Made by a program: the position numbers and the translations under genes
Shown: in pieces, positions 13,133 through 23,365 of the stretch
Numbering within the stretch: position 1 is the first letter of the stretch
Layout: every line of letters begins with the position of its first letter
Origin: Eledone cirrhosa
Taxonomy: Eukaryota
NCBI GenBank assembly: GCA_964016885.1
Contig: OZ024741.1
Coordinates: 61,752,001 to 61,816,000 of the forward strand
Reading direction: 5' to 3'
DNA length: 64,000 bases
The notes under the pieces: model-generated
What the model was told of the DNA's origin: nothing
Databases searched by the model: none
The model's input: the letters and a program-made list of their open reading frames with translations, nothing else

Positions 13133-13689
13133 CACCCCCTACAATAAGATCAGCTTGAATTAGCAAGGTGTATATTTTATCTGAGAGAAAAAGGCAGATA
13201 TTCTAAGTAACTTGATGCATGTGGCACTAAGTGTATTTGTTCTAAACCTAATCAAATTGTCTTCTACAGAGCTGAACTCATGGCCCCCATGAAGTTGGCA
13301 TTGGATGGTTATATCCATTCAACCTTTTCACCTCTGCACTCTTTATTGTATAACAATATTCAACAAATTGCATTTAGTTTCTAAAGATCAAGACAGTTGA
13401 GGCTAACAAATCTGAAGAGAATTAAAACGAGGGAAGTAGCATGTTGAATAAGCATGATACGACACTACTAATGTAAATATATCCTTTTGAAGATTCTCAT
13501 ACCATGCTGATGTAATTAGACAGCATTAAGATTTATATAATATATTTTGAATATTACAACATGAAATGAACTGAACATGGGAGTAGAACAGTTCAACAAA
13601 GATACTTAATTCATTATATGAAATAATCTGTTTGATATTTACATAAGAACAATCTAGAATAGATATTATTGCAGTTGTTCTATAACTCT

Positions 13690-14096
13690 TGTGTTGCGTG
13701 CTTTTTGTCGTGTCTCCTACATGACCACTTTACAGTGTGGGCTGGGTGCTTTTTGTCATGACACCTACATGACCACTATACACATATGTGTGTGTGTATA
13801 TGTATACGTGTATGTCTGTGTCAGTTTGTCTTCTAACTTTGGGGTTTGACAAAAAATAGATTGATAGAATAAATCAAGGCAGTACCATGGATATGCTATG
13901 GTACTGCCTTGATTTATTCTATCAATCTATTTTTTGTCAAACCCCAAAGTTAGAAGACAAACTGACACAGACATACACGTATACATATACACACACACAT
14001 GTGTGTATAGTGGTCATGTAGGTGTCATGACAAAAAGCACCCACCCCACACTGTAAAGTGGTCATGTAGGAGACACGACAAAAAGCACGCAACACA
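13690..14096. repeat. Long near-perfect palindrome (199-bp arms, 9-nt loop)
   Basis: 13690-13888 pairs with 13898-14096; two mismatches seen by eye; centre 13893. Confidence 0.95.
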
Positions 14097-14258
14097 CTGT
14101 AAATGTGGTTGGCATTAAGAAGAGCATCCAGTCATAGAAATCTTGCCAGAAACACTACAGCAAGACACAATAACCCAACCCAACTTCCCTCTAATGGGAC
14201 AAACCCGTCTAACCCATGCTACTGTGGAAAAGAGACGTAAAACGATGATGATGATGAT
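14008..14258 (+). mobile_element. RTE 3'UTR fragment with (GAT)n tail
   Basis: Two about 41-bp UTR subrepeats, then CCATGCTACTGTGG...GACGTAAAAC(GAT)n. Confidence 0.85.
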
Positions 14259-14604
14259 TATATATGTATACATGACAGGTTTCTTCAGTTTCTCTCTACC
14301 ATATTCCACTCACAAGATATTGGTCAAGCTGAAGCAGAGAGATTTTCCAAAATTGCCATACAGTAGGACAGAACACAGAACCACTGGTTGTCAAGTGAAC
14401 ACTTTAGCCACTCAACCGTCTTCGCACTTATGTATATAAATATTCATAGGCAGACATTTTTCTTTGCTCAAAGCCATTTTCAAATGACTCCTTATGCTAA
14501 AAATATCTAAAAATGAATATATAAATGAATCACAAATAAAATATGACCATGTATATTCCCCATTTACTGGACAATAAAAAAAGGTGAACATAAAATATAT
14601 GAAC

Positions 14605-15074
<470 letters not shown>

Positions 15075-15673
15075 AAAGGCAAATATTTCTTTTAATATTA
15101 AAAAAAATATTTTCCAATGAAGCTCTCCAAATTTTACTCACGTTTCAGCAAAGAATGTTTTTATTTATTTTACTTTTTCGTTTCATCCCAAGCCTTTCAG
15201 CTGAACACAACACATTTGGTGTAAGTGGCTATCTATCTAGTCAATCTATCTTATCTCTCTATCTATCTATTTAGCTCTCTAACTATTTACTTATCTATTT
15301 TTCTACCTATCTATCCACTTGTCTGCCCAGGCCACCTGTCTGTCAGTCTAGCTAGCTATCTACCAAAATATCTGCCTGTCTTTCTGTCTATTCATCTATC
15401 ATCACAAGAGTTGAATAATAGAATAAACTAGAAAGGTAGGTGGGGACAGTCTGTATTTATAGATTTTATAGATGTTCTTAAAAAAAATTGTCTGTGACAG
15501 ACTAGTTTCAATTGTTTTTTTCATTGCTGATACAATCTGGTGGTCATAACTCCTGTAAAGGTTTGAACTCAGAACATACAGACCTGAATCAGTTATCATA
15601 GAGCATCCCACACAACTCTTTGACTCTCCTGTCAATCCACTTCTTCAATATATGAATGTGTACATGATTATAT

Positions 15674-15790
15674 ATTTATTATTAGTACAGATTAAAGTGT
15701 AAGCAAAGCATTTCTGCTTTCACCTTATTACGGTAATAGGGTGAAAGCAGAAATGCTTTGCTTAAACTTTAATCTGTACTAATAATAAAT
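15674..15790. repeat. Hairpin palindrome (57-bp arms, 3-nt loop CGG)
   Basis: Arms pair around 15732 with two non-Watson-Crick positions; one arm recurs, diverged, at about 25011-25063. Confidence 0.92.
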
Positions 15791-15852
15791 GTTTACTCTA
15801 TGGCCTTATATATACATTATATATATATATATATATATATATAAATATATAT

Positions 15853-16298
15853 AGACAATGTCACTGGAGCGAGATCTTTGGCGGTACTCAGTAATAGAGA
15901 AGACCCGCCTTACCTGAATACAAAGTAAAACCTACTACAGTCAGTAGGCATCTCTAACAAAACACACCCGTGTCCCACCACCCCCACCCCATTCAATGTA
16001 AAGTTATGTTTGTGCCGCGCCATCCAGGCCGAAACAAATGAGATCGTGTAGGTGTCATGACAAAAAAACACACAGTCCACGCTGTAATGTGGCCGTGTAG
16101 GCAACACGGTAAAAACCTCCCAGCCCCACACTGTAAATGTGGTTGGTGTTAGGAAGGGCATCCGGCTGTAGAAAACCCGCCAGACAGTCCTATGCGAGCA
16201 AGACAACCACTCTTGCCTGAAGTGGGAAAACTCCCGTCCAAACCCATGCAAGCGTGGAACATGGACGTTAAATGATGATGATGATGATGATGATGATG

Positions 16299-16300
<2 letters not shown>
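15853..16300 (+). mobile_element. RTE family A 3' end (last codons, 3'UTR, (GAT)n) inserted in (TA)n
   Basis: Matches 7708-8155; TA runs on both sides. Confidence 0.92.
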
Positions 16301-16355
<55 letters not shown>

Positions 16356-16356
<1 letters not shown>

Positions 16357-16911
16357 TGGAAGATCACTGATGAAGGACTAAATTTATTCATATGTAACCC
16401 ATTTGCAACCACGCACCACGCCATGTTTTCATATTCATATATAATTTCCTCCGCTGTGACCCGTCTGTTTCTTTCTTATTGCTTCACCTTTTCTCTGTAT
16501 CGCTCACTTCCTTTTACCCCCTCTGCTAGTCACCTTCTCTCAGCTAGCCTCTTCCTCACACTTTCACTCACTCACTCTCTGCTACTCCCTCTCCTACTTC
16601 CTCCCGTTTGACCTGTGCGAGATTCTTTCCTCACGCACACTTTGACCAGGTCGGATGGTCTTTATTCTCTCTCGTCTACGATTTCACAGAACTTATGTTC
16701 ATCGATGTCACGGACTTGACTCCTTCTTCCTCACTTTTTGTTGCATTACCATCTTTGATTGTTTACTGTCTCGCTCGTTCCCCCTATTTTACGTGTCCCA
16801 ACGACTTTCTTTAGCCGTTGCTCGCACCAACTGGAGGTATATGGTCTTTAAAGCGATGAAATACCAATGAAGGTTGGAAGATCACTGATGAAGGACTAAA
16901 TTTATTCATAT
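16356..16911 (+). mobile_element. Short element bounded by 38-bp direct repeats containing CTGATGA; probable Penelope-like pseudo-LTR partial tandem
   Basis: TTGGAAGATCACTGATGAAGGACTAAATTTATTCATAT at 16356-16393 and 16874-16911 (period 518); CT-rich body; (TA)n on both sides. Confidence 0.6.
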
Positions 16912-16925
16912 ATATATATATCTAT

Positions 16926-17472
16926 CTAAGGCGGGTAAAATTCCCGAGATCCATGGACGAGTTCTCTCCAGCGGTCTCTGTCCCTCAGTATCGCTGCCAT
17001 GTCCTGCGTCTCCAACAGACTAGTGTCTGTCCTTAGGGCATCAACATATGTTAACCTTGGTCTTCCTCTTCTAGCGTGTCCATGTAGGGGCTCCCAAAGG
17101 AGCACTGAGTGCAATGTCAACTCTGGATGTCGACGGAGGATGATGTGGTTGAGAGGAAGAGCAAGGCCTGGGCGGCGTGCCACAGCTTGAGATCGGTGTG
17201 GAAGTCGGACCTTCGTAGAGACCTGAAAGTCCGCCTCTTCATTGCTGTAGTGGAGTCTGTGCTGCTGTATGGGTCTGAGACTTGGACACTGACCAAGAAA
17301 CTCACTCAGATGGTGGATGGGTGCTACACGAGAATGCTGAGGATGGCTCTGAACATTAATCAGTATACACTGAGGATGAAAAACTCAGAGCTGTATGGGA
17401 GCATCCCAAAAGTCAGCTCAAAAGTGACACAGAGGAGACTGAGGTTAGCTGGACATGCTCACCGACATCCAG

Positions 17473-17473
<1 letters not shown>
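16926..17473 (-). mobile_element. RTE-like LINE 3' fragment with a 5' inversion
   Basis: Minus segment 17132-16926 encodes RHPELTLHSVLLWEP...RGRPRLTY..DRDRWR; plus segment 17133-17473 encodes the preceding region (ESVLLYGSETW...RRLRLAGHAHRHP). Confidence 0.88.
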
Positions 17474-17524
<51 letters not shown>

Positions 17525-17629
17525 ATCCCTATCAATTCCTCTTCGGATTTTGGTCTTCGTAATTATTATTAGTAAATATATATATATATAAACAAATGCA
17601 CTCTATAAGATGGTAGTACTGGTGACATG

Positions 17630-17947
17630 GCAGGAGACCCCTGTAATGCTGGAGACATGAAAAAAAAGCACTCAGTACACCCCTTAAGGTGGTCATGCTG
17701 GTGATATGACAAAAAACGCCCTGTCCACCCTGTTAGATAATCGTTTTGGTGCCACAATAAAATGCACCCAGTCCACACTAACATGTATGGTGTTAGAAAG
17801 AACATCTAGCCATAGAAACTAAGCCAAAATACAGATCCATATGAGCAAGGTGTGGTCTACTGATCTGACTTGTCTTGTAACATACTGAGCTATCTAACTC
17901 ATGCAAGCATGGAAAATGAATGTTATATGATGATGATGATGATGATA
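17630..17947 (+). mobile_element. Diverged RTE 3'UTR fragment with (GAT)n tail
   Basis: UTR subrepeats and CATGCAAGCATGGAAAA...(GAT)n. Confidence 0.7.
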
Positions 17948-17969
17948 TAAGTAAAGATAAATGTATATT

Positions 17970-18275
17970 TGTAAAGTGGTCATGTAGGCGTCACAACAAA
18001 AAAGTACCCAGTACTCACTGTAAAGTGGTCGTGTAGGTGTCACAACAAAAGTGCCTAGTTCGCAGTGTAAAGTGTTTTCATGTAAGCATCACAACAAAAA
18101 GTACCCAGAACTCACTGTAAATGAGGATGACATTAGGAAGGGCATCCAGAAACAAAACCAAAATCAGTTCTGTATGAGCAAGACAGTCACCTGACATGGC
18201 ATTGCCCGCAGCAGGACAATTCGCCTAACCCATACTAGCATGGAAAAATGGATGTAAAACGGGGATGATGATGAT
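17970..18275 (+). mobile_element. RTE family B-like 3'UTR fragment with three subrepeats and (GAT)n tail
   Basis: Three CTGTAAAGTG..GTAGG..TCACAACAAAA units; terminal GGATGTAAAACGGG(GAT)n. Confidence 0.8.
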
Positions 18276-18448
18276 ATATATATATAACATTTTGTAAATA
18301 AACATTGGAATGTCAAGTGAGTTGAAATGTTAAGAAATGTAAAACATTTCCAACACGAGAAAAAAATGTTCTATTCAGAATTTTCAGAATTACTTCAACA
18401 AAAGCTTGTTTTTCAAACTTTGACCGTAAACCAAAACAAAACATCTCA

Positions 18449-18490
18449 TATTCACTGATGATGGTCTCTTTAGACTGAAAATCCTGAATA
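18449..18490 (+). ncRNA. Degenerate minimal type I hammerhead ribozyme motif (Penelope-like)
   Basis: TATTCA-CTGATGA-T-GGTCT-CTTT-AGACT-GAAA-ATCC-TGAATA: stem I TATTCA/TGAATA, stem II GGTCT/AGACT; stem III and cleavage triplet imperfect; AATAAA overlaps the 3' end. Confidence 0.55.
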
Positions 18491-18859
18491 AAACACTACG
18501 TTTTAATTATTTTTATACATTGTTTGTGGCTCTTTAATCATTTGAAATATATATATATATATATGTACATATATATATGTATATACACACACACAGACAT
18601 ATATGTTAAATGGGTAACTACAGTTACATGCAGTGCACCATTCAAAGCACTCAATGCTGTTATGAAGTCCATCTCATGTTGAGTTGTATTCCTGTGTTAG
18701 TGTAAAGGCAGCTGTAGTCTGCAGAGTGTCATTTGAGGAAATAGAATCTAAGTGTTTAGATGAGCAATATCGAAACAATAGTAATATGCCAATAAAGTTT
18801 GTACATATGCTGCATCACAGACTTCGATTTTACACCCCCCACCCTCTTTCTCTCTCTCT

Positions 18860-18889
<30 letters not shown>

Positions 18890-18890
<1 letters not shown>

Positions 18891-19109
18891 CATCATTTTA
18901 CGTCCGCTTTTCCTTGCTTGCAAGAGTGGGACAGGTCCTATTTAGCACAGCATCTCTCCACTTGTCACGGTCCTTCATCATCTACTCCATGAGCTTCAGC
19001 GATCTGAGGTCTGCTCTCCCCACCTCTGCCCATGTTTTTTGTGGTCCTCCTCTACTGCGTCTTCCTTCGACTGGGATTTCTTGGCACTTCTTTACCCAGT
19101 AGTCATCCT

Positions 19110-19112
<3 letters not shown>
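18890..19112 (-). mobile_element. RTE family C 3' end
   Basis: Reverse complement matches 22475-22700; bounded by (TA)n. Confidence 0.88.
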
Positions 19113-19153
<41 letters not shown>

Positions 19154-19239
19154 TACATGAATCAAAGTTCTGTTCAAATCATTTATTCGCATTACTGTCT
19201 TTCACTGTTTAGGGTTTAAAATATATGTACATCCCAACA

Positions 19240-21835
19240 TAGCTTAGTTGTCAGCGACCTCACGGTCAAAACTAGACGAACCCGGAAACAGAGGCCAACC
19301 TGGAGAAGAAAGATCTGGAAGCTGAAAGTCCCCTCAACCAGTAACAGATTTTAAAGATATTTTACTCAACGCCTACGACAGTAAAGAAGAACAGATACAG
19401 ACATTTAATGTAGAAGAGAACTGGGACTTCCTAAAAAATAATTTACTAGAGGCGACGGATGAGGTCTGTGGCTGGAGTAAGACCTCAAGCAGGAGGAGAG
19501 TGACTTGGTGGTGGAACAATAAGGTAGATGAAGCAGTTAAGGCCAAGAGACAGGCATGGAAAGAATGGAAGAACGGGGGGAGCAGGGTACATTACATAGA
19601 GACCAAGAGGGAAGCTAGGCGACAAGTATACTTAGCTAGGAGGGAAGCAGAGAAGAGAAAATTCAAGCATGTTTTACAACGTGAGGACCAGAAACAGGAG
19701 GTATTCAAGATTGCGAGGCAGTGTGTCAGAGATAGTTGCGATGTCATTGGAGAGAAGTGTATCTGGAATGATAAAGGTGAGCTTGCCCTCACAAGTGCTG
19801 AGAAGAAAGATGCATGGAAGAGTCATTATGATAGATTACTAAATGAGGAGAATGCATGGGAAGAAGAGACCCTACCCCAAGTAGACCCTATAGAGGGACC
19901 AGCAGTACAAGTCAGCAGCAGCGTAGTAAGTAAGGCAATCAAAGATATGAAGATGGGGAAGGCAACCGGTCCATCGGGTATAGCTGCCGAGATGCTGAAG
20001 GCATCTGGGTCTGTAGGTCACACTATAACCACACGTATCGTTAACCAGGTAATACTAGAAGGGGCCATACCAAAAGATTGGTGCAGTAGCATCATTGTCA
20101 ACTGCTACAAAGGTAAAGGCGATGCACTAGATAGAGGAAACTATAGAGGTATAAAGTTGATGGACCAGGTCATGAAAGTAACAGAAAGAGTTATAGCACA
20201 GCTGATTAGGGACCGGGTGAATATAGACGAGATGCAATTTGGGTTTGTACCAGGAAGAGGCACCACTGATGCCCTCTTCCTTGTGAGGCAATTACAGGAA
20301 AAGTACCTAGCTAAAAGTAAGCCACTCTACTTGACATTTGTGGACCTTGAGAAAGCCTTTGACAGAGTTCCTAGTGCTGTAATCTGGTGGGCTCTTAGAA
20401 AACTAGGAGTAGATGAATGGCTTGTGAAAGCGGTACAAGCCATGTATAGGGGAGCAGTCAGCAAAGTTAGGATTAGCAATGAGTATAGCGAGGAATTTAG
20501 CGTACAGGTTGGGGTCCACCAGGGCTCTGTTCTTAGCCCTCTCCTGTTCATCATAGTCCTGCAGGCAATAACGGAGGAGTTTAAGACCGGATGCCCATGG
20601 GAACTCCTGTATGCTGATGACCTCGCACTCATAGCTGAATCTATGGTAGAACTAGAGAATAAATTCCAAACCTGGAAGCAGGGACTAGAGAGAAAGGGTC
20701 TCAAAGTCAACATGACAAAGACTAAGGTCCTTGTAAGTAGACGAGAAAACAGAACCCAGATCCCCTCAGGGAAATGGCCTTGCTCAGTATGTAGGAAAGG
20801 TGTAGGTAGGAACTCCATTCTCTGCCCCAAATGCAAACAATGGGTACACAAGACATGTAGCGGGATCTCAGGAAGCTTAATTAAGAATGTAGGAGTCACA
20901 TGCAGCAGCTGTGCTGAAACAGCAAGCAGCAAACAGCCACAGGAAACAAGTACCACCAATCTCTGGGAGGGCCCTGTAGAAACAGTAGACAGCTTCTGCT
21001 ACCTAGGTGACCGAATTAGCAGCGGAGGTGGGTGTTCAGAAAGTACAATAACTAGGGTAAGAACGGGATCGAAGAAGTTTAGGGAACTACTACCACTGCT
21101 AGCTGCAAAAGGCTTCTCCCTCAGAATGAAAGGCAGACTGTATGATGCGTGTATCCGAACAGCGATGTTGCATGGTAGTGAGACCTGGGCGCTGAAGGTG
21201 GAAGACTTACGTAGATTAGAGAGAAACGAAGCCTGCATGCTCCGATGGATGTGTAACAGTAATATACGTGAACGACAAAGCATAAATGAATTGAGAGAGA
21301 GACTGAGCATAAGAGGAATCAAATGCTGTGTGCAGGAGAGGCGGTTGCGCTGGTATGGACATGCGATGCGTATGAAGGATGACAGCTGCATAAAAAGGTG
21401 CAGAGCACTAGAAGTTGATGGAAACCGCGGAGTGGGGAGACCCAAGATGACCTGGGATGAGGTGATAAAAGCCGACCTTACCCAATTAAACCTCTCAAAG
21501 ACAATGACACACGACCGTGACTTCTGGCGTCACGCAGTAATACAGAGTACCCGACCTCCCATGGGTACATGCTGAAGCATATAAACAATATGCCCCCACA
21601 CCCCCCAACGCAAGGTGGTCGTGGAGGTGCCACGGCAAAAAAAGCACCCAGCCCACACTGTAAAAGAGGTTGGTGTTAGGAAGGGCATCCAGCTGTAGAA
21701 ATCAAGCCAGATCAGTTCCTGTATGAGCAAGGCATGGTCAGTCGACCAGACACTGCACACAACAGGACAACCTGTCTAACCCATGCTAGCGTGGAAGAAC
21801 GGACGTAAAACGGTGATGATGATGATGATGATAAT
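19240..21835 (+). mobile_element. RTE-clade LINE, family B, 5'-truncated (lacks endonuclease)
   Basis: Long RT ORF, 3'UTR and GGACGTAAAACG(GTGAT)(GAT)n tail; begins at the end of the EN region. Confidence 0.95.
19500..21575 (+). CDS. Retrotransposon ORF remnant: reverse transcriptase (YADD at 20610-20621), PHD-like zinc finger, RTE C-terminal domain
   Basis: 691-aa open frame with QFGFVPGRGTTDA, FVDLEKAFDRV, GVHQGSVLSPLLF, YADD, FCYLG, RRLRWYGH and GRPKMTW. Start is not the native one; upstream part is disrupted. Confidence 0.88.
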   Translation: MTWWWNNKVDEAVKAKRQAWKEWKNGGSRVHYIETKREARRQVYLARREAEKRKFKHVLQREDQKQEVFKIARQCVRDSCDVIGEKCIWNDKGELALTSAEKKDAWKSHYDRLLNEENAWEEETLPQVDPIEGPAVQVSSSVVSKAIKDMKMGKATGPSGIAAEMLKASGSVGHTITTRIVNQVILEGAIPKDWCSSIIVNCYKGKGDALDRGNYRGIKLMDQVMKVTERVIAQLIRDRVNIDEMQFGFVPGRGTTDALFLVRQLQEKYLAKSKPLYLTFVDLEKAFDRVPSAVIWWALRKLGVDEWLVKAVQAMYRGAVSKVRISNEYSEEFSVQVGVHQGSVLSPLLFIIVLQAITEEFKTGCPWELLYADDLALIAESMVELENKFQTWKQGLERKGLKVNMTKTKVLVSRRENRTQIPSGKWPCSVCRKGVGRNSILCPKCKQWVHKTCSGISGSLIKNVGVTCSSCAETASSKQPQETSTTNLWEGPVETVDSFCYLGDRISSGGGCSESTITRVRTGSKKFRELLPLLAAKGFSLRMKGRLYDACIRTAMLHGSETWALKVEDLRRLERNEACMLRWMCNSNIRERQSINELRERLSIRGIKCCVQERRLRWYGHAMRMKDDSCIKRCRALEVDGNRGVGRPKMTWDEVIKADLTQLNLSKTMTHDRDFWRHAVIQSTRPPMGTC

Positions 21836-21894
21836 GATAAAAGGTTTTAGTATATACATAACCATAAATAGTATCCTTAATACTATATATATAT

Positions 21895-22705
21895 ATATAT
21901 ATGGCCATGTTTGATATGTAGGAAAGGAACTGGCATAAATTCCATAAAATGTGCGCAATGCAGATGTTGGGTACACAAGAGATGTAGCAGGCAAATTAAC
22001 AGGTAGGGAAAACTATGTATGCAGTAGATGTACAGGGAAAGTTGGCAGTAGTAATCGCAGTGATAGACATCATTTTCCAATGCAGGTGGGTTCTATAGAA
22101 GTGGTTGATAGCTTCCGGTACCTAGGTAATCAGATTAGCATGGGAGGTTGGTGTTCCGAGGCCATAGTATCTAGAATAAGGATGGGTTGGAAGTTTAGGG
22201 AGCTGCTTCTTCTGTTGACAAAGAATGGTTTCTCCCTGCATACGAAAGGACGGTTATATGATGCCTGTGTGAGATGCACAATGCTGCTTGGTAGTGAAAC
22301 ATGGGCAGCTGCAGAAGATATGCGACAGCTGGAGAGAAATGAAGCAAGTATGCTCCGTTGGATGTGCAATGTCAATGTGCATAGATGAGTTGAGAAAGAA
22401 ACTGGGTATAAGAGGGATAAGTTGTGGTGTGCAGGAGAGAAGGCTGAGATGGTATTGACATGTGATGCACATGGAGGATGACCGCTGGGTAAAGAAATGC
22501 CAAGAAATCCCAGTAGAAGGAAGACGCAGTAGAGGTAGACCACGAAAAACATGGGCGGAGGTGGTGAGAGCAGACCTCAGATCGCCGAAACTCACTGAGG
22601 AGATGACGAAGGACTGTGACAAGTGGAGAGATGCTGTGCTGAATAGGACCCGTCCAACCCATGCAAGCAGGAAAAAGCAGACGTAAAATGATGATGATGA
22701 TGATA
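21895..22705 (+). mobile_element. RTE family C 3' portion (PHD-like finger onward), decayed
   Basis: PCLICRKGTGINSIKCAQCRCWVH, FRYLG, RGRPRKTW; frameshifts; (GAT)n tail; (TA)n on both sides. Confidence 0.9.
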
Positions 22706-22958
22706 TATATATATATATATATAAAATCATCATTATCACCAAATTTGGCTGTTCTGACCTGGAGAGGGATGCTTTCTGTCAGGATTGAATGCGCAAGACA
22801 AAATATGCATCAGAGTGGCAGCCATAGGACTCCATCTGGGCTTATAGAATCTTTCCCTATTTTTCTTCATGATGTTCAAGTAAAAGAAAGAAAATGTGTA
22901 AGATAAACTGTAGCTGTGATAGAAAGGAAATAAAAATATAACAATGTTTCAATCTTAC

Positions 22959-23054
22959 CTGTTTACACATTAATTAAAACCAACAATAAACCACTTTAAA
23001 TGTTTCATATTCACAATAATATTGAAGAACTTACCTGAAAAAGAAAACAAAAGA
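22959..23054 (-). other. Candidate recursive splice site with 76-nt cryptic RS-exon
   Basis: Minus strand TCTTTTGTTTTCTTTTTCAG/GTAAGTT (AG at 23036-23035, GT at 23034-23033); second donor CAG/GTAAGA at 22959/22958. Confidence 0.65.
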
Positions 23055-23222
23055 TATTCTTTAAAGATTTTTTAAATGAAAGGATTTCATATGAGATGTT
23101 TTAATCAGTTATATTATATGTTAAGGATTAATCATTTTAACCATTCAAAAAACACAAAAACTGTTAAATTCCCTTTACATTTATCATTTATTTCCTGGTG
23201 ACATAACTTTCATTACATTCTT

Positions 23223-23365
23223 TGTGACCTGGTCACTGACACAGTGTAATTGCAATGCAACTCTATCAGTGACCAGGTCACAGACAGTGCAACATTGTCA
23301 CTGACACAGTTTCACAGTACATGTGGAAGTGTGTCAGAGACCAGGTCAGAGACAGTGTGACCTGG
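23223..23365. repeat. Cluster of short palindromic repeats (GTGACCWGGTCAC, ACAGTG)
   Basis: Perfect 17-bp inverted repeat 23223-23239/23266-23282 plus further partial copies. Confidence 0.75.

Noticed and set aside
20327-21445. Antisense ORFs overlapping RT coding regions (also 25663-26478, 46326-46772)
   Set aside because: Shadow frames of the LINE ORF with no independent motif.
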